NCBI GenBank assembly: GCA_002633005.1
Contig: NMRA01000197.1
Coordinates: forward strand, 1 to 64,000
Reading direction: 5' to 3'
From: Phoronis australis
Taxonomy: Eukaryota > Animalia > Phoronida
DNA: 64,000 nt
The notes below the pieces were generated by a model. It saw nothing but the letters and a program-made list of their open reading frames with translations. It was not told the origin of the DNA and ran no database searches. Position numbers and translations under genes: made by a program. How positions within the stretch are numbered: the stretch's first letter is position 1; every line of letters starts with the position of its first letter. Positions 63,316 to 64,000 of the stretch are shown here, in pieces.

Positions 63316-64000
63316 GTTTGTTTTTATTGAATGTTTGCTGTGCTTGGTAAAAATTCATTTGATTTATTCTTAAACAATGCACTCTCGTAAGTAGTTTATA
63401 CCATTCAATTTATACATTATGTACTCTTGTGGTGATAAAGTTTATTATGATAAACATGTTTGATGTGAAAACCAGTTTCTTTGATTTTGAAAAGATTTCA
63501 AAAAGTCTATTTCAAATTTAGTCAATGGTCTGTTGATATCTGTTTACCTTGTATACGTTTTTCTTTTACACGTTTACAAAAGGTTGTTGACGCATTTATG
63601 TAGTGCTTAAAAATACTTTAATATTAAATGTTACATTTAGGATATCGTGGAGAAGTCGGTGCATTTATCCAAATGTCTAGAAACTAATGAAATTAGCTTT
63701 TAAAGAATTTATCCTATACGCGTGATGATATGACCATGACATACGATTGTATTGGAACTACTTTTCCTTATCAGGTGCCCATTTGATCTGAAATTCCGTA
63801 TCAAGCATCCGTTTGGTTCAGAATTTGAGGAAAATCAATTTTTGCTTTTTTATGTGCTCACATTTGTTCGCGAGCTGTCATTTGTCAGGCATCCTTCCGG
63901 CCGTCTACAGCAGCTGTAACTCTTAAGCCCCAAGCAGTCATTTTGACTTATCAGAATGACATAGGCAAGAAATCCATTTCCGAGCTTCAAAAATGGAGCC

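Overview
This is AT-rich, intron-rich genomic DNA from an animal, most likely a marine invertebrate (inferred from the repeat types and gene content). Most ORFs in the supplied track are spurious or partial exons. Splicing by hand at GT-AG sites gives five genes: (1) the 5' end of a PARP4/vault-PARP-like gene (BRCT exons, minus strand, runs off the left edge); (2) a complete MDM2/MDM4-family p53 E3 ligase (minus, 10 coding exons, about 800 aa); (3) a complete Pi-class glutathione S-transferase (plus, 204 aa, start codon split A|TG by intron 1); (4) a complete PDSS2 (minus, 410 aa); (5) the 5' part of malonyl-CoA decarboxylase MLYCD (plus, runs off the right edge). MDM/GST-Pi and PDSS2/MLYCD are head-to-head pairs. 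Each shared promoter region occurs twice in tandem, joined by a single N (23312 and 49815). These are probably uncollapsed haplotypes, and they expose presence/absence transposon insertions. Introns carry tRNA-derived SINEs, several MITE/foldback families with readable TSDs, a Helentron-like element with about 10 CTCF-like motifs, and BEL/Pao, Penelope and THAP remnants. I see no clearly new multi-gene system. The best leads are regulatory or targeting features: p53 half-sites in MDM intron 1 beside a promoter shared with GST-Pi, a transposon-end-like sequence at the MDM first exon, a consensus PTS2 at the MLYCD N-terminus, and the CTCF-motif array.
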